From assembly GCA_013239625.1 (NCBI GenBank), contig MU057342.1:11072556-11136555 (forward strand): a DNA stretch of 64,000 nucleotides, in the 5' to 3' direction. Position 1 is the stretch's first letter; each line of letters starts with the position of its first letter. The DNA is from Lama guanicoe. Its lineage: Eukaryota. A program made the position numbers and the translations under genes. Positions 25,009-37,500 of this stretch are shown piece after piece. The notes under the pieces were generated by a model, which saw nothing but the letters and a program-made list of their open reading frames with translations, was not told the DNA's origin and did no database searches.

Positions 25009-25509
25009 TTGTAGATATTTTCTTATATGATAGGATAGGAGTGAAAAGTCTAGAGGAATATAAAAATGCAATGTATCATTTTTGGAAAGCATACTCTCAA
25101 GGGACATACTTTCCTTATATCATACCTCAACTATTACAAAGTATGTTTCTGATGCTAACCTCATAGTAGTTTGCAGAACTGGTAAATACCTAAATCTGCA
25201 AGGCACACACACATACATACAAAGTCATTCACCTGTTATCACTCAGATTGTTAAAGATCATATATTAAATAGAAATTTTATGAATGAAGGTGGCAGTATT
25301 GACTTGATACAACACTAAAAGCTGCCCATTTTTTTTTTAATTGCAGGTAAAGTCCTATCTGAAAAGGCTCAAAGGATCAACTGCTAATGTAGCTTTCATT
25401 TGTTTTTATTAATATCACAAAAATTTGCTCTTAGAACCCCCACCCCTCTACCTGCCCCAAATTCTGCCCTAGAGCTTACAATAGTAAAGGTTTTGATATT
25501 TGGGTGATA

Positions 25510-25610
25510 ACTCATTCACTAAAAAATATTTATTGAGCATTGACTATATACCAGGCTCTAAGCTAAAGGCTAAAGGTATAGAGTAGTTTACTAATTTTGC
25601 CTTCCTGTTG
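25510..25610 (-). mobile_element. L2 3' end
   Basis: ctcattcact...atatttattgagcattgactatataccaggctctaagctaaaggct. Confidence 0.7.
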
Positions 25611-26859
25611 GGAGTGAGAAAAATAAGATGATGGAAAGGCAAGTGTTAACCACCAACAACAACTGAAAGTTTCAGCAATGTAAAATTTGGGAAGTTGCTG
25701 AGTGAGAAGCATCCTATTTGCTTTTTTCTGAGGATTCAGACTATACTAGAAAAACATACAAGGTATGTTTTTAGTCATCTAGGAAATGTATTCTCTTTTA
25801 TAAGACATTAGTTTCTGTTGGGAGCAAATAATTACTTCCTTCTAGATGTTGCCTCTAAACTCAATGCTGTTTTTCTCTTCTGATCCTTCTAATGTATCTT
25901 ACATAGGTCCATCCCAACATCAGTAATATGATAATTCAGAGAGATAAAAGCATTTTCACAACTTCACACAAGTATCATATCTAAACTCCGTAAGAACTTT
26001 TCCTTCCTATTTCAACAGTCCATCACTACTCCCATTTAAAAAATCTTATTGGAGGGAGCTTTTTAATGCAATTCCATCTAAATAATGTGTGGTTCTCTCT
26101 GTGTTCCCACTTGAAGTAGACTGTTATCTACTTCAGAGCTGGAAAGAAATAGTTCTCTTTGGATTTCTTCAGATGTTAGAGTAGAATCTTGGCTAAAATT
26201 AGCAGGCATATTTATAATTGAGTAAATCCTTATTTAAAAAATATTTACAACCTCTCATCTTTGTCTTCTACCTGCAGAGGGGGTATCACCTATTTATTAA
26301 AAGGAAGATTAACAGCTATTAAAAAGAAATTTTAAAGACACTTGTACCTAATTACTTAATTGGTATTTCCCCCCAGAAAAATAGAAATATTATTCATTGA
26401 TAAGGAAGAGTTAATTTGGGGATGGGAGGGCAGATGGCTGTAAGCAGCAGCAAATACTGACAGGTATGCCCACTTGAAGGAAATTTAAGAAATAACCCCT
26501 CACTATAAAAATATCCACTTAAAAAATAGATTCTTTGGAAAGATTTCATGAAAATACCCTGTTTTCTATTTAAAATCCATAAAATCTTTGCCTATCTTAA
26601 AAAATATATCCTGAATAGGGAAATACAAAGAATATGAAATATTAAAAACAAATTAAGTTTTTCTTATAAGCTTTATGATAAAAGATGTAATAGCTTTTTC
26701 CCCAAATGTATCCTCCTAAGAGTCCAGCTGCAAGCAGTTTGAATCTGAGACTCAAAACTAGAAATGTAAGTGATGCTGGATAGCACAGTCCTTTATTTGA
26801 TTAAGTTACAAAGCAAAAAATAAGTCATCTTTATTTTCAATTGCTGCAGAATGACTGTT

Positions 26860-27015
26860 TTAGATATTTGTTTGAATAATCCAAACAATGGTGGATAAAT
26901 GTTGATTGAATGAAAAAATTAATTATTGAATGAATGAATCTAGCTCTCTTCTTTGCACATTTAACATTTAACACAATGCTTGGCACATAGTATGTACCCA
27001 ATAAATGTTCAATGG
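26860..27015 (+). mobile_element. L2/MIR 3' tail fragments
   Basis: ataaatgttgattgaatga...tgaatgaatgaat, then acacaatgcttggcacatagtatgtacccaataaatgtt. Confidence 0.6.
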
Positions 27016-28229
27016 ACGCTCCCTCCCATAGCCTGGTGAGAAGACATTTGCAGAACCATTTCTCTCAGACTTCTCTCAAATGTCATAGTTTGACCTCTTT
27101 CATCTCATGTAGTGAATTAAAGAAACTGACCTTCATTTGGAATTATTCAGGTTACATAACAACTATCAAACGAAAGAGCAGAGTAGCATGCCTCAATCCA
27201 GTGAAATCCTCAGTTTTCAAGCATCCATAAAATTATCTGTTAGCATTTATTAACATTCATTTGGCACTTAAGTGGGTAAAGGAACAAGTTAGGCATGAAA
27301 CAATGTACCAGAAAGTACTGTGAAAGGTGATGGCTCAGAAACTGCAAACAATCAACCAAGTTTGATGTTAAAACAGCAAGTCCAATGAATGCAAGGGTTC
27401 CCTCCTCTTTACTGTAGAGCTACTTTCCAGAAAACTCTAACAGTTTTTAATTTCATAAGAGCTTGAAACTAGTTAAAATAGCATGTTTATTTGTAATACT
27501 AGTATTGATGGTTTTCCAGTGTTCATCTGCTTTTCAGTTACCGGAACATGTAAGAAAAGTTAAATTCTTCTCACCTCAGCAAATTTAGAACCCTGTTGGT
27601 GATTTACAGAAATTAGAAACATCAAAAAAGCAAATTCAATTGGCAAACATGCAATTGCTTTCTTAATCTACCATATTTTAAAAATTTAATCAACCCAGAC
27701 AAAACTTCATTAGCTAAGTTATACATAAATGCATTTTCTGTATCTAAATAGATTAAGCTTTATAAGGCCTTAAAATAAGTATTGCATATAATTTCCTATT
27801 TTTCTAAGGGGCTAGGAGGAAAGACTATTCAGATTCTCTCTATGATTTCAAATTTTCCAAATATTCTTATTTTTTGTGGAAATAGTTATAAAATAATCTA
27901 TAAGAAGTACACAGACAAAATTTTTACTGGATAGTTTTTAAAGGTATTTTATTTTGTAAAACACTAGGCTTATCATTAGTGATTCAGAAAGAGAATCGTC
28001 CCTCAGATCTGTTCCTTATCCCTCACTATCTTGCTCATAAACTCATCTGTCTTCTTAAAAGATAAGGGTTGCCCTGAGAATTTCTGGGGAAGAAAATAAA
28101 ACAACACTTTGCAAAGAAAAGAATCACTCACATGAATTAACTATATAATTATGTTATAAAATAGGAGATGATAAAATTTCTAGTAAAAGTGAGGAGCTGA
28201 AGAAGGATGTACTGTCCCCATTTCTTTCA

Positions 28230-29945
28230 GGCCTTTTCCAAGAAAATCTTCCAAATATTTGTCTCTACTCACTATTTCAGTTCCTCTTTTCCCATTTTTC
28301 TTCAAACCCATTCCATTCTGACTTACAAGCTAATCACTCCACTGAAAGTGCCCCATAAACTGCTAGATCCAATAGTTAGTCAATTCAACAGCACTTCAAT
28401 CAGTTGACCGCTCTTTCCTCCTTGGTTCGCTTTCTTTACTTGGCTTCCAAAACACTACATGCCCATGATTTTCCTCCTACTTTGGTTGCTCCTTTTCGGT
28501 TTCCTTCTGTAGCTCTCATCATTTAAGGAGGATATGCCCCAGTGCTCAGCACTTGGCCTCTTCTCATTATCTGTTCACATTCAATTCCTTGGTGACTTCC
28601 TCCACTCTCATGGTTTTAAATAACCATGTCTAGTGACTAATGGTATTTAATGACTCCCCGAGTCATTATCTCATTTTTATCTCCACTCCAGGCCACTTCC
28701 CAGAACTCCAAACACACATACCTAACCATCTACTTGGCATTTTCATTTGGATAAACATCTCAGATTCACTCTGCCCAAACTGTTTTCCTAATATTCTCCT
28801 CCCTGCCCCACAGAACCTGTTCCAGCTGCAACTTCCCCATCTCAGTTGATGGCAACTTCATCCTTCTAATCACTAAGGTCAGAATCATGGAGCAATCCTT
28901 GATGTCGCTTTTCTATCATATCCCAAATCCAGTTCATCAGCAAATCCTCTTGGCCCCAGCTTCAGAATATTTCTAGAATTCAACCCCTTATAAGCAATTC
29001 CACTACTGCCAACCTTGTCTGAGCCAGTATCTTCTCTTACCTCTTAGACAATCGTCTTCCTTCCACCCTTGTCTCTCTGTCTCTCTCTCACACACACACT
29101 CCCCTAAATTTACTCTCCCGTAGAGCTTTTTAATCCCTCAGTTTAAAACTCTGCAGTGGTTCTCTATTTCACTCAGAGTAAAATCCATTGTCCTTAAAAG
29201 GGCTTAAAAGGAATTCAGCTCTCCATTACTTCCCTGACTCCCCCTACTAACCTGCCTTTCACTTACGATGCTCCAGCCCACAGAAACTTCTTGGTCTTCC
29301 TCAATATGTCAAGCACATCTATAGAAACAGAAAGCAGATCAGTGGTTGCCAGAGGCTGGGGAAGGGGAGAACGGAGGAGGTGACTGCTTAATGAGTATAG
29401 AGTCTCCTTTTGGGGAAACGAAAACATTCTAGAACCAGACAGTAGTGACAGTTGCACACTGTAAATGGACTAAGCGCCACTGAATTATACACTTAAAATG
29501 GTTAAAATGGTGAATTTTATGTTACGTGTTTTTTGCCACAATTTTTAAAAATACCACACTTACAGCCTTTGCAGTAGTTGTTTTTCCTCTGCCCAGAGAA
29601 TGTTCTCACTCCAAATCCTCACTCGACTAACTCCCTTCCACTGATAAGTGTTTGTTCAACACCACGTTCTCTATGAGGCCAACTCCGACCACTGTATTAT
29701 GGAAAACTGCTCCTTACTCTGTATCTCCCTCACCCTTTTCAACCTTTTTATTTTTTTCCACAACACTTATTTTCTAACATACTTGATAACTTAGTTTTGA
29801 ATTTATATATTGTTTATTGTCTCCTTTGCTCAAATGAAAGTTCCATGAGGGCAGGGGTCCTTGTCTATCGTGTTCAGTGCTGGATTTCAAGGGACCAGAC
29901 AGTGCCTGGTGCACATAAGCACTTTCGAAATATCTGTGAATAAAT
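28230..29945 (+). mobile_element. L2a LINE, long 3' portion, interrupted by an L1
   Basis: cactccactgaaa...gttgaccgctctttcctcctt...cttggcttccaaaacac...ttccccatctcagttgatggcaacttcatccttcta...aaaactctgcagtggttctctatttcactcagagtaaaa...aagttccatgagggcagggg...acagtgcctggtgcacataagcact. Confidence 0.92.
29316..29551 (+). mobile_element. L1MB-type L1 3' end nested in L2a
   Basis: tagaaacagaaagcagatcagtggttgccagaggctgggg...gtgactgcttaatgagtatagagtctccttttgggg...ccactgaattatacacttaaaatggttaaaatggtgaattttatgtta. Confidence 0.92.
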
Positions 29946-30029
29946 ACTCTTGGTGTTCTGTTTTCCCAGAGATGGGCAATGACTGAAACAGTCACATTAA
30001 CTGATGTCTGGTAACTATTTAATTGCCTA

Positions 30030-30165
30030 ATTCATTCACTATCTATTAAATATACATATACAGACACACACACACACACACACTAGGCCTACCATAAGCC
30101 AGGCAATTTGCTAGATGTTAGAAATTCAATGGTGAACAAACAAACACAATACTGCCTTTTCTCAA
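30030..30165 (-). mobile_element. L2 3' end containing a (CA)n tract (30065-30083)
   Basis: ttcattcact...cctaccataagccaggca...gctagatgttagaaattcaatggtgaacaa. Confidence 0.65.
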
Positions 30166-31189
30166 ATATAGCAAGGACTTTATGGGGAATTCAGTGTGTC
30201 AAAATAACCTCCTGGTAATTTAAGTTAGTCTGTTATTTCTCACATTTAGCTTCACCAAAGAGGAATAAAAAGCTTTTTTTTTAAATCTCTACATCCTCCA
30301 TAAAATAACCTTAAAAGCAGCCTCAGTATCCTTGAAATTGGCCTTTTTGAATGATTAGTCTGAAAAGAAGGTCCAGATGGGTGGGCGCCCCAGAGACAAA
30401 TCCTAACCGGGCCTCTGCACTGGAAGGCCAAAACTACTATGCTAGAGTTTTACATGAAAATGGAGGAGGTGATGAGGGCTCAGTGTTAGAAGTGTCCCCA
30501 CCCCTTGAGGAGGTCTAATAGTATCCAGATACTTATGAAAGATAGGGATTGCAATTCTACAGGGCATAAGATGCATGAATCCATTTGATAGTGCATCTTT
30601 GAGGTGACAATACCGCAAGAGGATGCATGCTGGCAGCCTGTGAGGGGGAAAGAATTTGTCTTAAACACTAAAGCTTTGGGAGCTGAAGCAAAATTTCCCC
30701 AGCTGTTCCAGAGAGAAACCAGCTGCCTGTAGAGAAATCCAAATTGAACTGACACCACAGGCTTAAGTGACGAGCCCAGAGGAAGTGACCGGCATGGTCT
30801 GAGGATTGAACCCCATCTCTCCTCCATTTTCTTGAACCAAATAAGCCAGGATATGCTTATATACATGTAGGAAGAAGGAGGAATCCCCAAAACTGAATGA
30901 GATCTGTTTTCTGGTCAATCTTGGTTACAAAAGAAAAACTGAAGACTGAGCTCTTTCGACATCTTATTAAGCAGTACTGATCTGTAAGCTCATAGAAACC
31001 AAGGACAATATGCCATCTGTCTGTAACTGCTGTTGTAAATAATGCAGCCCCTTCCACAGAGTAACATGTCAAGCAATGAATGAATAATGACTTAAAATGA
31101 GATGAATGGAAATCTGCATTTTGTAGTAGTCTAATACTTTTCCAGAAAACTACCACTTCATTTCAGCTGCAAATACATATGGTAGTGAG

Positions 31190-31225
31190 GTTTTGTTTTT
31201 GTTTTTGTTTTTGTTTTTGTTTTTG
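31190..31225. repeat. (GTTTTT)n hexanucleotide repeat
   Basis: gttttgtttttgtttttgtttttgtttttgtttttg. Confidence 0.95.
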
Positions 31226-31490
31226 GTCCTGGAAATGTTGTCTCCTATTACTAGAACTCCAGTTTCTGCTGCATAAAAAGAATCCTGTCTCCACTCCCTT
31301 GGCCCCTCACCCGCCTGCACAATTCGCTTTTCTTTTACCATTGCTCAGCTGTTCACTTACTCATATTTGGGAAGTTACTCATTTTATTTTAAAACTTACT
31401 TTTAAGCCCTTGCTTCAAAAAAGAAAAAGCCTTATTGTCATGCTGGGTTATTCAGCAACAATCTATTGCCCTACATGGGATAAACTCAGC

Positions 31491-31638
31491 NNNNNNNNNN
31501 NNNNNNNNNNNNNNNNNNNNNNNNNNNNNNNNNNNNNNNNNNNNNNNNNNNNNNNNNNNNNNNNNNNNNNNNNNNNNNNNNNNNNNNNNNNNNNNNNNNN
31601 NNNNNNNNNNNNNNNNNNNNNNNNNNNNNNNNNNNNNN
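31491..31638. other. N-run, 148 nt (gap or masked segment)
   Basis: Seen directly. Confidence 0.99.
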
Positions 31639-32299
31639 GCTATATCTATCCTCTCATGCTGTGAAATTGGTGTGTTCCATTTTCACGGAAGCTTAATGTA
31701 ATCACAAATGGAAAAATAAAATACATATTTTAACTAGGCTGCATTTTATTGATACCATTGTGTTATACAGGAATTTAAAATAGCTCCATGTTTCATTCAA
31801 GTAAACAAAACAAATGTGTGGGTGGTCATGAGGGTTGATCTTAGCTAGCTCTATGTTTTCTTCCCCAATCTCATCTTTCTGGCTTTTGTCATATCATACA
31901 GGACAGATTCAATGTGACACTCCCTCACTCAGCAACAGAATTTTCCCCATCCTGAGTGGAGTTTGGAAAAAAAGCCGTGATTCTAGGGAGATTGACCCAG
32001 GGGCTGGAAGTCATCACTGTTTAATTGTGCCTTCTCCATGTCCAGGTAAAGTCACAATGGATATCCAAACTAAATTTCTCCCTTGGTCACTTTGACAAAA
32101 AAATGAGCCACTCTAACTTTATGAAGAAGATATAATCCATGCCCTCCAAAGCTTAAAAGAAGTAGGCACTGGATGTTTAGTCCTCACAACCAAAGAAAAG
32201 AAAGTTAAGAAAATTTTATAGCCTCATCGGTCAAATTAAATCACCAAAGACTTCATATTTATGTCCATAGAACTTTTCTTTTTTATGTATTTTTGGTGT

Positions 32300-32560
32300 T
32301 TGCATTTAACACTAATAATACATAAAATTTGAAAATAAAAATAAACACTTAAAAGAATGAATAAATGACAGTGAAAAAAAGAGAGAAGGAAAACTGCAAT
32401 CACCAAAATTCCAACCACTCTCAAATAATCTCAGTTAATATTTTGGTATTTAACCTTCCACATCTTTTCATACATAAATGACTGAAACAAAATATTTATG
32501 TTCCAAAAAATTGAATCACCCAACATGTATTGTTTTGTGCTCTTATTCACTTTACAGTAG
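32300..32560 (-). mobile_element. Old L1ME-like 3' end, degraded
   Basis: aatcaccaaaattccaaccactc...gttaatattttggtattt...cttcca...tattgttttgtgctcttattcactt. Confidence 0.5.
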
Positions 32561-34479
32561 TGCATGAAGGTCTTCCCTGACAATAAATGTGATTACAGAT
32601 AAATTTATTTTTTCTAATGAGACTCTTCCATTCTAAAGGCACATAATAGACCAGGAGATTCATAGAAACTGAACTGAATAGATGTGGGAGACAACAGAAA
32701 CATTTAGGAAAATGTGAGAGAAGAATCCAAAGTGAGGATATAGGGAAAAGTAGGAGGCAAAAAAGAAAAATCACAAAAAGCTCTGATTAGCATACAAATT
32801 AAGAAAAATTTTACTCTGATCTGAAACACAGATTAAAGAGAAAATAATTATTATTGGCCCTAATCTTTAACAATAGAGAATGATATAAACATATGCTATA
32901 TATTCCTCTTTAAAGAAGAACAACAGAAAAACTGAGGAACTATTATAGATTGATGGTGATACATTATCGATTAGATCAACCCAAGGGTATAAATTCAACT
33001 TTACATCCCTAACTTTCCTATCCAGTAATCTTTTCTCAAAACAAGTCAATTAGACTCCTGCTTTTTCCTTTTAACTTAGGGATTATAAGATAAAATTCTC
33101 TCCATGCAAAAGTAGTACAAGGATTAATAAAAAGAAAATAATAACTGTAAATCACACAATTTCAATTCTTCATCAAGATGTATCAAATGCTTTCATATAT
33201 CAGAAGCTCTGCTATATGTTCAGAAATCCCCTCAAAGAACCACAAGCTAATGGAAGAAAACAGTAATAAGGAAACTCTAAGTCAGAGAACGTGGCAAAGC
33301 ATTGTGTACTGAGGAATGACAAACAGATACCCCAGTGGCTCCCTTATCATGGACCAGGGAAAAACACAAGATTCATAAGTGTCTGAAATAGGTAGAGCAC
33401 CCCTGTGGTTGGAAGCTAGGCCTTTAAAGGCCATAAACTAAAACTCAATCCATGCTATTCCCAAAGGTTTGCTAAAGTCCCAGAACTGAGCTGGTGTTAT
33501 ATAACAGAAGTTAGTTATATAATTGAAGCACCCCAATCTCCAGATAGACTCATACTCTGCCTTACCCTCCTCCATATCATAGCACCTCCTTATGGCATAT
33601 ATTTAAAAGCTGTTTTATTTCATTTGCCCAAGAAGCAAGTCCCACTCTTCTATTAGCTACTCCGTGTTGAGACTTATACTGCAATCGGCAACAGCATCCA
33701 GTCAGAATATAACCACTATGATACTGGGGAAATTCAGTATCAGGAATACCAAAACTTGGCATGTAACCAAGAGTAAGCCAAGTGACCAGAAAACTCCTAG
33801 CTAAATTAGACTAAAGTGTTGTTGACCTGGGCTTTTAACTGAATGATGGCATTATAGCATTTAAAATCATTGACTAAGTACAATTTATTTACAATTTTTC
33901 TTTATTCTTTATTCTTAGTGTGACACTTTAGCATTACCTATAGTGGAAAACACAAGGAGGCGGTAAGTGAGAAGCCACAGTTTAATTCATAGAAACAGCT
34001 GTAAACAACTCCTGAAACAGCGAAGAGTCTAGGAGAGCAGGAACAGTGCAGAAAAAAAGAAAACACAGGAACGAAAAGATCTCCTTTCTCTGTTAAACAC
34101 TAGGGAAGGCTATAAACCCATCTATGGTAATAATGGGGCATTTCCCCGAAGGAATTCCAAAGAGAACATTAGCAGATCACATTTTCATTTGAGAAGAGAT
34201 GTGATCTCTGAATTTTTCATATACACTCAGTTTTGTTAAGTAGCGATTAACAAACTAAATAGCTAAAGAAACACAGCTGATAAACAGTATAGCTTGAACA
34301 GAAAGTATTTATACTTTAAACTTAATCACATTTTGGCCCCAGCTAAGGGCCTCCTTGGCCCTAGACAAGACTGTCTTTTCAATTCTAGGGCCTGGGAGGC
34401 CCTAAGTCTAGTAAGGATATCTATTAATTCCTAAAGTAAACCTTTCATAGTCTGGACCCTGAATCCACCTAGAATAGTA

Positions 34480-34918
34480 GTGCTATTGAATTTCAGATGG
34501 CCAAGGAAGGTCTCAATGATAAGATGACACATGAGTGGAGACCTGAAGGGAAAGAGGAGTAGCAAGTATTGCAGATATCTGGGGGAAGAGGGAAAGGGAA
34601 ATGCAAAGGCAAGTCTGTGTTTGCTGTATGTAGGGACCAGCAAGGAGGCCAATGTGGAGGAAAACGAGCAAGGGAGAGGGTTTTGGAGATGAAATCAGAA
34701 AGGTATATGTGGAGTGCACATCACTTACAGTACTAGAGAGGAACATGGGAATTCTAGATTTTGCTCTGATGAGAAGCCACTGGACAGTTATGAGCAAAGG
34801 AGTAATGTGATATGACTTTCAGTAAGATCACTCTGGCTACTGTGTGAGAAACTAATCACACCAGAGGCAAGGCAGAAGCAGAAAGTTAAGTTAGGAGACT
34901 ACTGGGAGAGGCCAGGCA
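34480..34918 (-). mobile_element. L2a fragment
   Basis: tggccaaggaaggtctc...gagacctgaagg...gatatctgggggaagag...cagcaaggaggccaatgtgg...gagaagccactggacagttatgagca...aagatcactctggctactgtgtgaga...gttaggagactact. Confidence 0.9.
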
Positions 34919-37163
34919 ATATTTTTTCTCAGAGAAATTCTAACAGCTGTTCAGAGAATAGAACAGTCTTCATATTCTTATAGTAAAAATAGAAATTTGA
35001 ATAACTGGTGGATTACAAATTACAAATAACTACAATCTCTTAGTAAGTTCCAATACAAGGAAGGCCCTTTTTCCGTAGGGGAAAGTGCAGTATAGAATAG
35101 AAAATCATCACACAATGCAAGTCCAGCACAACAAAAGATAATACTCAAATCAGAACTGAAATCTTAAGAGTCTAACCTAGCCACTTTTGGTTAAGTTTTT
35201 CATCACTGCTCAAGTAGGAAGAATCCCGAGGAATAAGATAGAAGTTTCAATTGTGTAGTATTAGCAGGTATAAGTCTAGGAAATAGCTAGACATTATTAA
35301 AAATAATTTACTCCGAAGTGCTTGCATTTGGATTCCAAATAATATTTTCTATTACCTTTATAAATTTCCAAGTTAAAAGATGTCTTCTGACATTGCAAAG
35401 GAGATGAGACTGACCACGTGGACATAAGGAACATTGAAATTTGCTGCCTTGGAAAAAGTCCAAATTATCCAGAGAAAATATGCAGGACATCTCATAGAAA
35501 AGGGAAGCTGAATAAGGATTACATCCTTTTAAATATGTCGCCTCTTACATTTCATGCAATATGACTTTAAATGTTATTTGTCTTTATTTACCTTGGAACT
35601 TTTACGTGTATTATGATAAAAGTAGATTAATATTCCGGGAACTATTAACTGTTCCCAAAAGGCACTCCTATTCTCCTGTGGCAACTTAATATATTTGAAG
35701 CTGAGCCCATTTCTGATTAAACTATAGGAAGACTCTGCCAGGTCTCTGCTAAAATTTATCACTCTATTTCTCTTTCCTATCATCTGAAACGTTTTTGAAG
35801 AAAATCAAAGGTACATCTAAAATAGAACTTTATTTTTAACTTCTTTTACCACTTGAAAAGAACAGGGTTGTCAATGACGCTGATCTATGGCTGAAGGAAA
35901 GAAACCAAAGTGGTCAGGAAGGCAGCTCAAAGTTTTCACAAAGTCCTTGGTCAGCTTTTATGTACATCAAAATGATACCTATGGCCCCTGGTGACTGAAA
36001 GCCTTCATCCGCTCACAGCCTCTCTCCAACCTCCCCTTCATGCTGTGTGGTTGCAGGGCCCCTTCCTTTCCAAGACAGAATTCATATTCCTCCTTTGTGA
36101 GAGTAAGGTCTGTTCAAAGCAACCCACATAAAATGGGGTTCCTTCTATTTCTCATGGCAGTTTAAACTATTTTAAAAGGATGTGTCCTTCTGTTTGCACA
36201 TGATCCTAATTTTTCTCCAGTATGCTGAGGATATTCTGTCGCCTTTTATTTTGGGTATTGTCTTTCAGGGAGAAAAAAAAGTGCCAAATTTGATATTTGG
36301 AAGTATGGTGGTAAACTAGGCAATTTCCAACCGTGAGTGAAAAAACAGTGAAAAATCTTTTACACTTAAATACCCATTATTGGGAGAAGGATTGTACCCA
36401 GGGTTAAAAATTACAGGGAAAACAACTTGTAAGCATTACCATTACAAAGCTGAATGCCTAAGGCAATGTTCCTGACCACCACAAAAGCTGGTGATTTGCC
36501 TCTGGAGTCTGTTCCACACCTCCCTAATAGGCCTAGAAGTTACAGACAATTAATTATTAGATTATGTAACTCCCACTGCTTAAAGTTAGCAGAACATTCT
36601 ATGGTTTTACTGCAACTGTGCTGCTTTTCAGCGAGGGGTGCAATTTCATCAGCTCACTCATCTGCATCTTTGTGCTACTTAATCCTGGCTTCCCAGGGTT
36701 TTTCTTTAATTGGCTCAGCCTTCTTCTGCCTTCAATCAGCCTGATTTTATTCATGGGTTCCTAGTGAAGATGACTGAATCTGAAAATTATGGTGCCAAAG
36801 TTTATAGCAGTGCTAGATACATGCATTCATCTAAAACTTCTAGATTTAGAGGGTCTTTCTTGGACTAATGAAGGCACATCTCTGTAAGCTTCTGAAATCT
36901 ACAGTGGCTTCCACTTCCTACACTAGAGTTATGTAGTAATGAGAGGTAGTATGCATGTGTAACACTGTGGAAAGCACATTGGCCAAGGAATACAAGGCCT
37001 GCCTTGGCTGCAGTTTATTTTACCATATGTCTTTGCAGACAGTGCCAGTGTTCTGAGCCTCAGACTACTCATCTATAAATTGGAGGTTAAACCACCAAGG
37101 GGTTTTGGCCAGAGATGAATAAAATAATAAAGGGTAAAATGTTTTGCAAATTATGAATGCTAT

Positions 37164-37310
37164 TTAGATAAACAACAAGGACCTACTGTATAGCACAGAA
37201 ACTAGATTCAATAATTGTAATAATCTATAATGGAAACATTTTATTATATATATTATATATATATAACTGAATCACTTTACTGTACACTCAACTATACTGC
37301 AATTTAAAAA
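37164..37310 (+). mobile_element. Short 3' end of a cetartiodactyl-type L1
   Basis: agataaacaacaaggacctactgtatagcacag...ttgtaataatctataatggaaa...atataactgaatcactttactgtacac...tcaactatact. Confidence 0.9.
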
Positions 37311-37500
37311 GAAAGAAGGGGAAATTTGAACATAAGATACACATAGAAGGAAGACAATGTGTGAAGATGCAGGGAAAAGACAGCCATCTACAAGCCAGGG
37401 AGAGAGGCCTCAGAAGAAACCAACCCTGCTGACACTTTGCCTTTGAACTTCAAGCCTCCAGAACTATAAGGCAATAAATGTCTGTTGTTTAAGCCCCCCC
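37311..37500 (+). mobile_element. MLT1B MaLR LTR internal piece, ending just after its AATAAA
   Basis: gaaatttgaaca...gacagccatctacaagccagggagagaggcctcagaagaaaccaaccctgctgacactttg...cctccagaact...aataaatgtctgttgtttaagcc. Confidence 0.92.

Noticed and set aside
25329-25352. Plus-strand recursive splice site (ttttttttttaattgcag|gtaaag), with a similar one near 19550
   Set aside because: The donor is weak (GTAAAG), the skew favours minus-strand transcription, and such motifs arise by chance in 64 kb.
26112-26135. 9-6-9 hairpin tgaagtaga/tctacttca
   Set aside because: Stems of this length are expected occasionally by chance in AT-rich DNA, and there is no other support.
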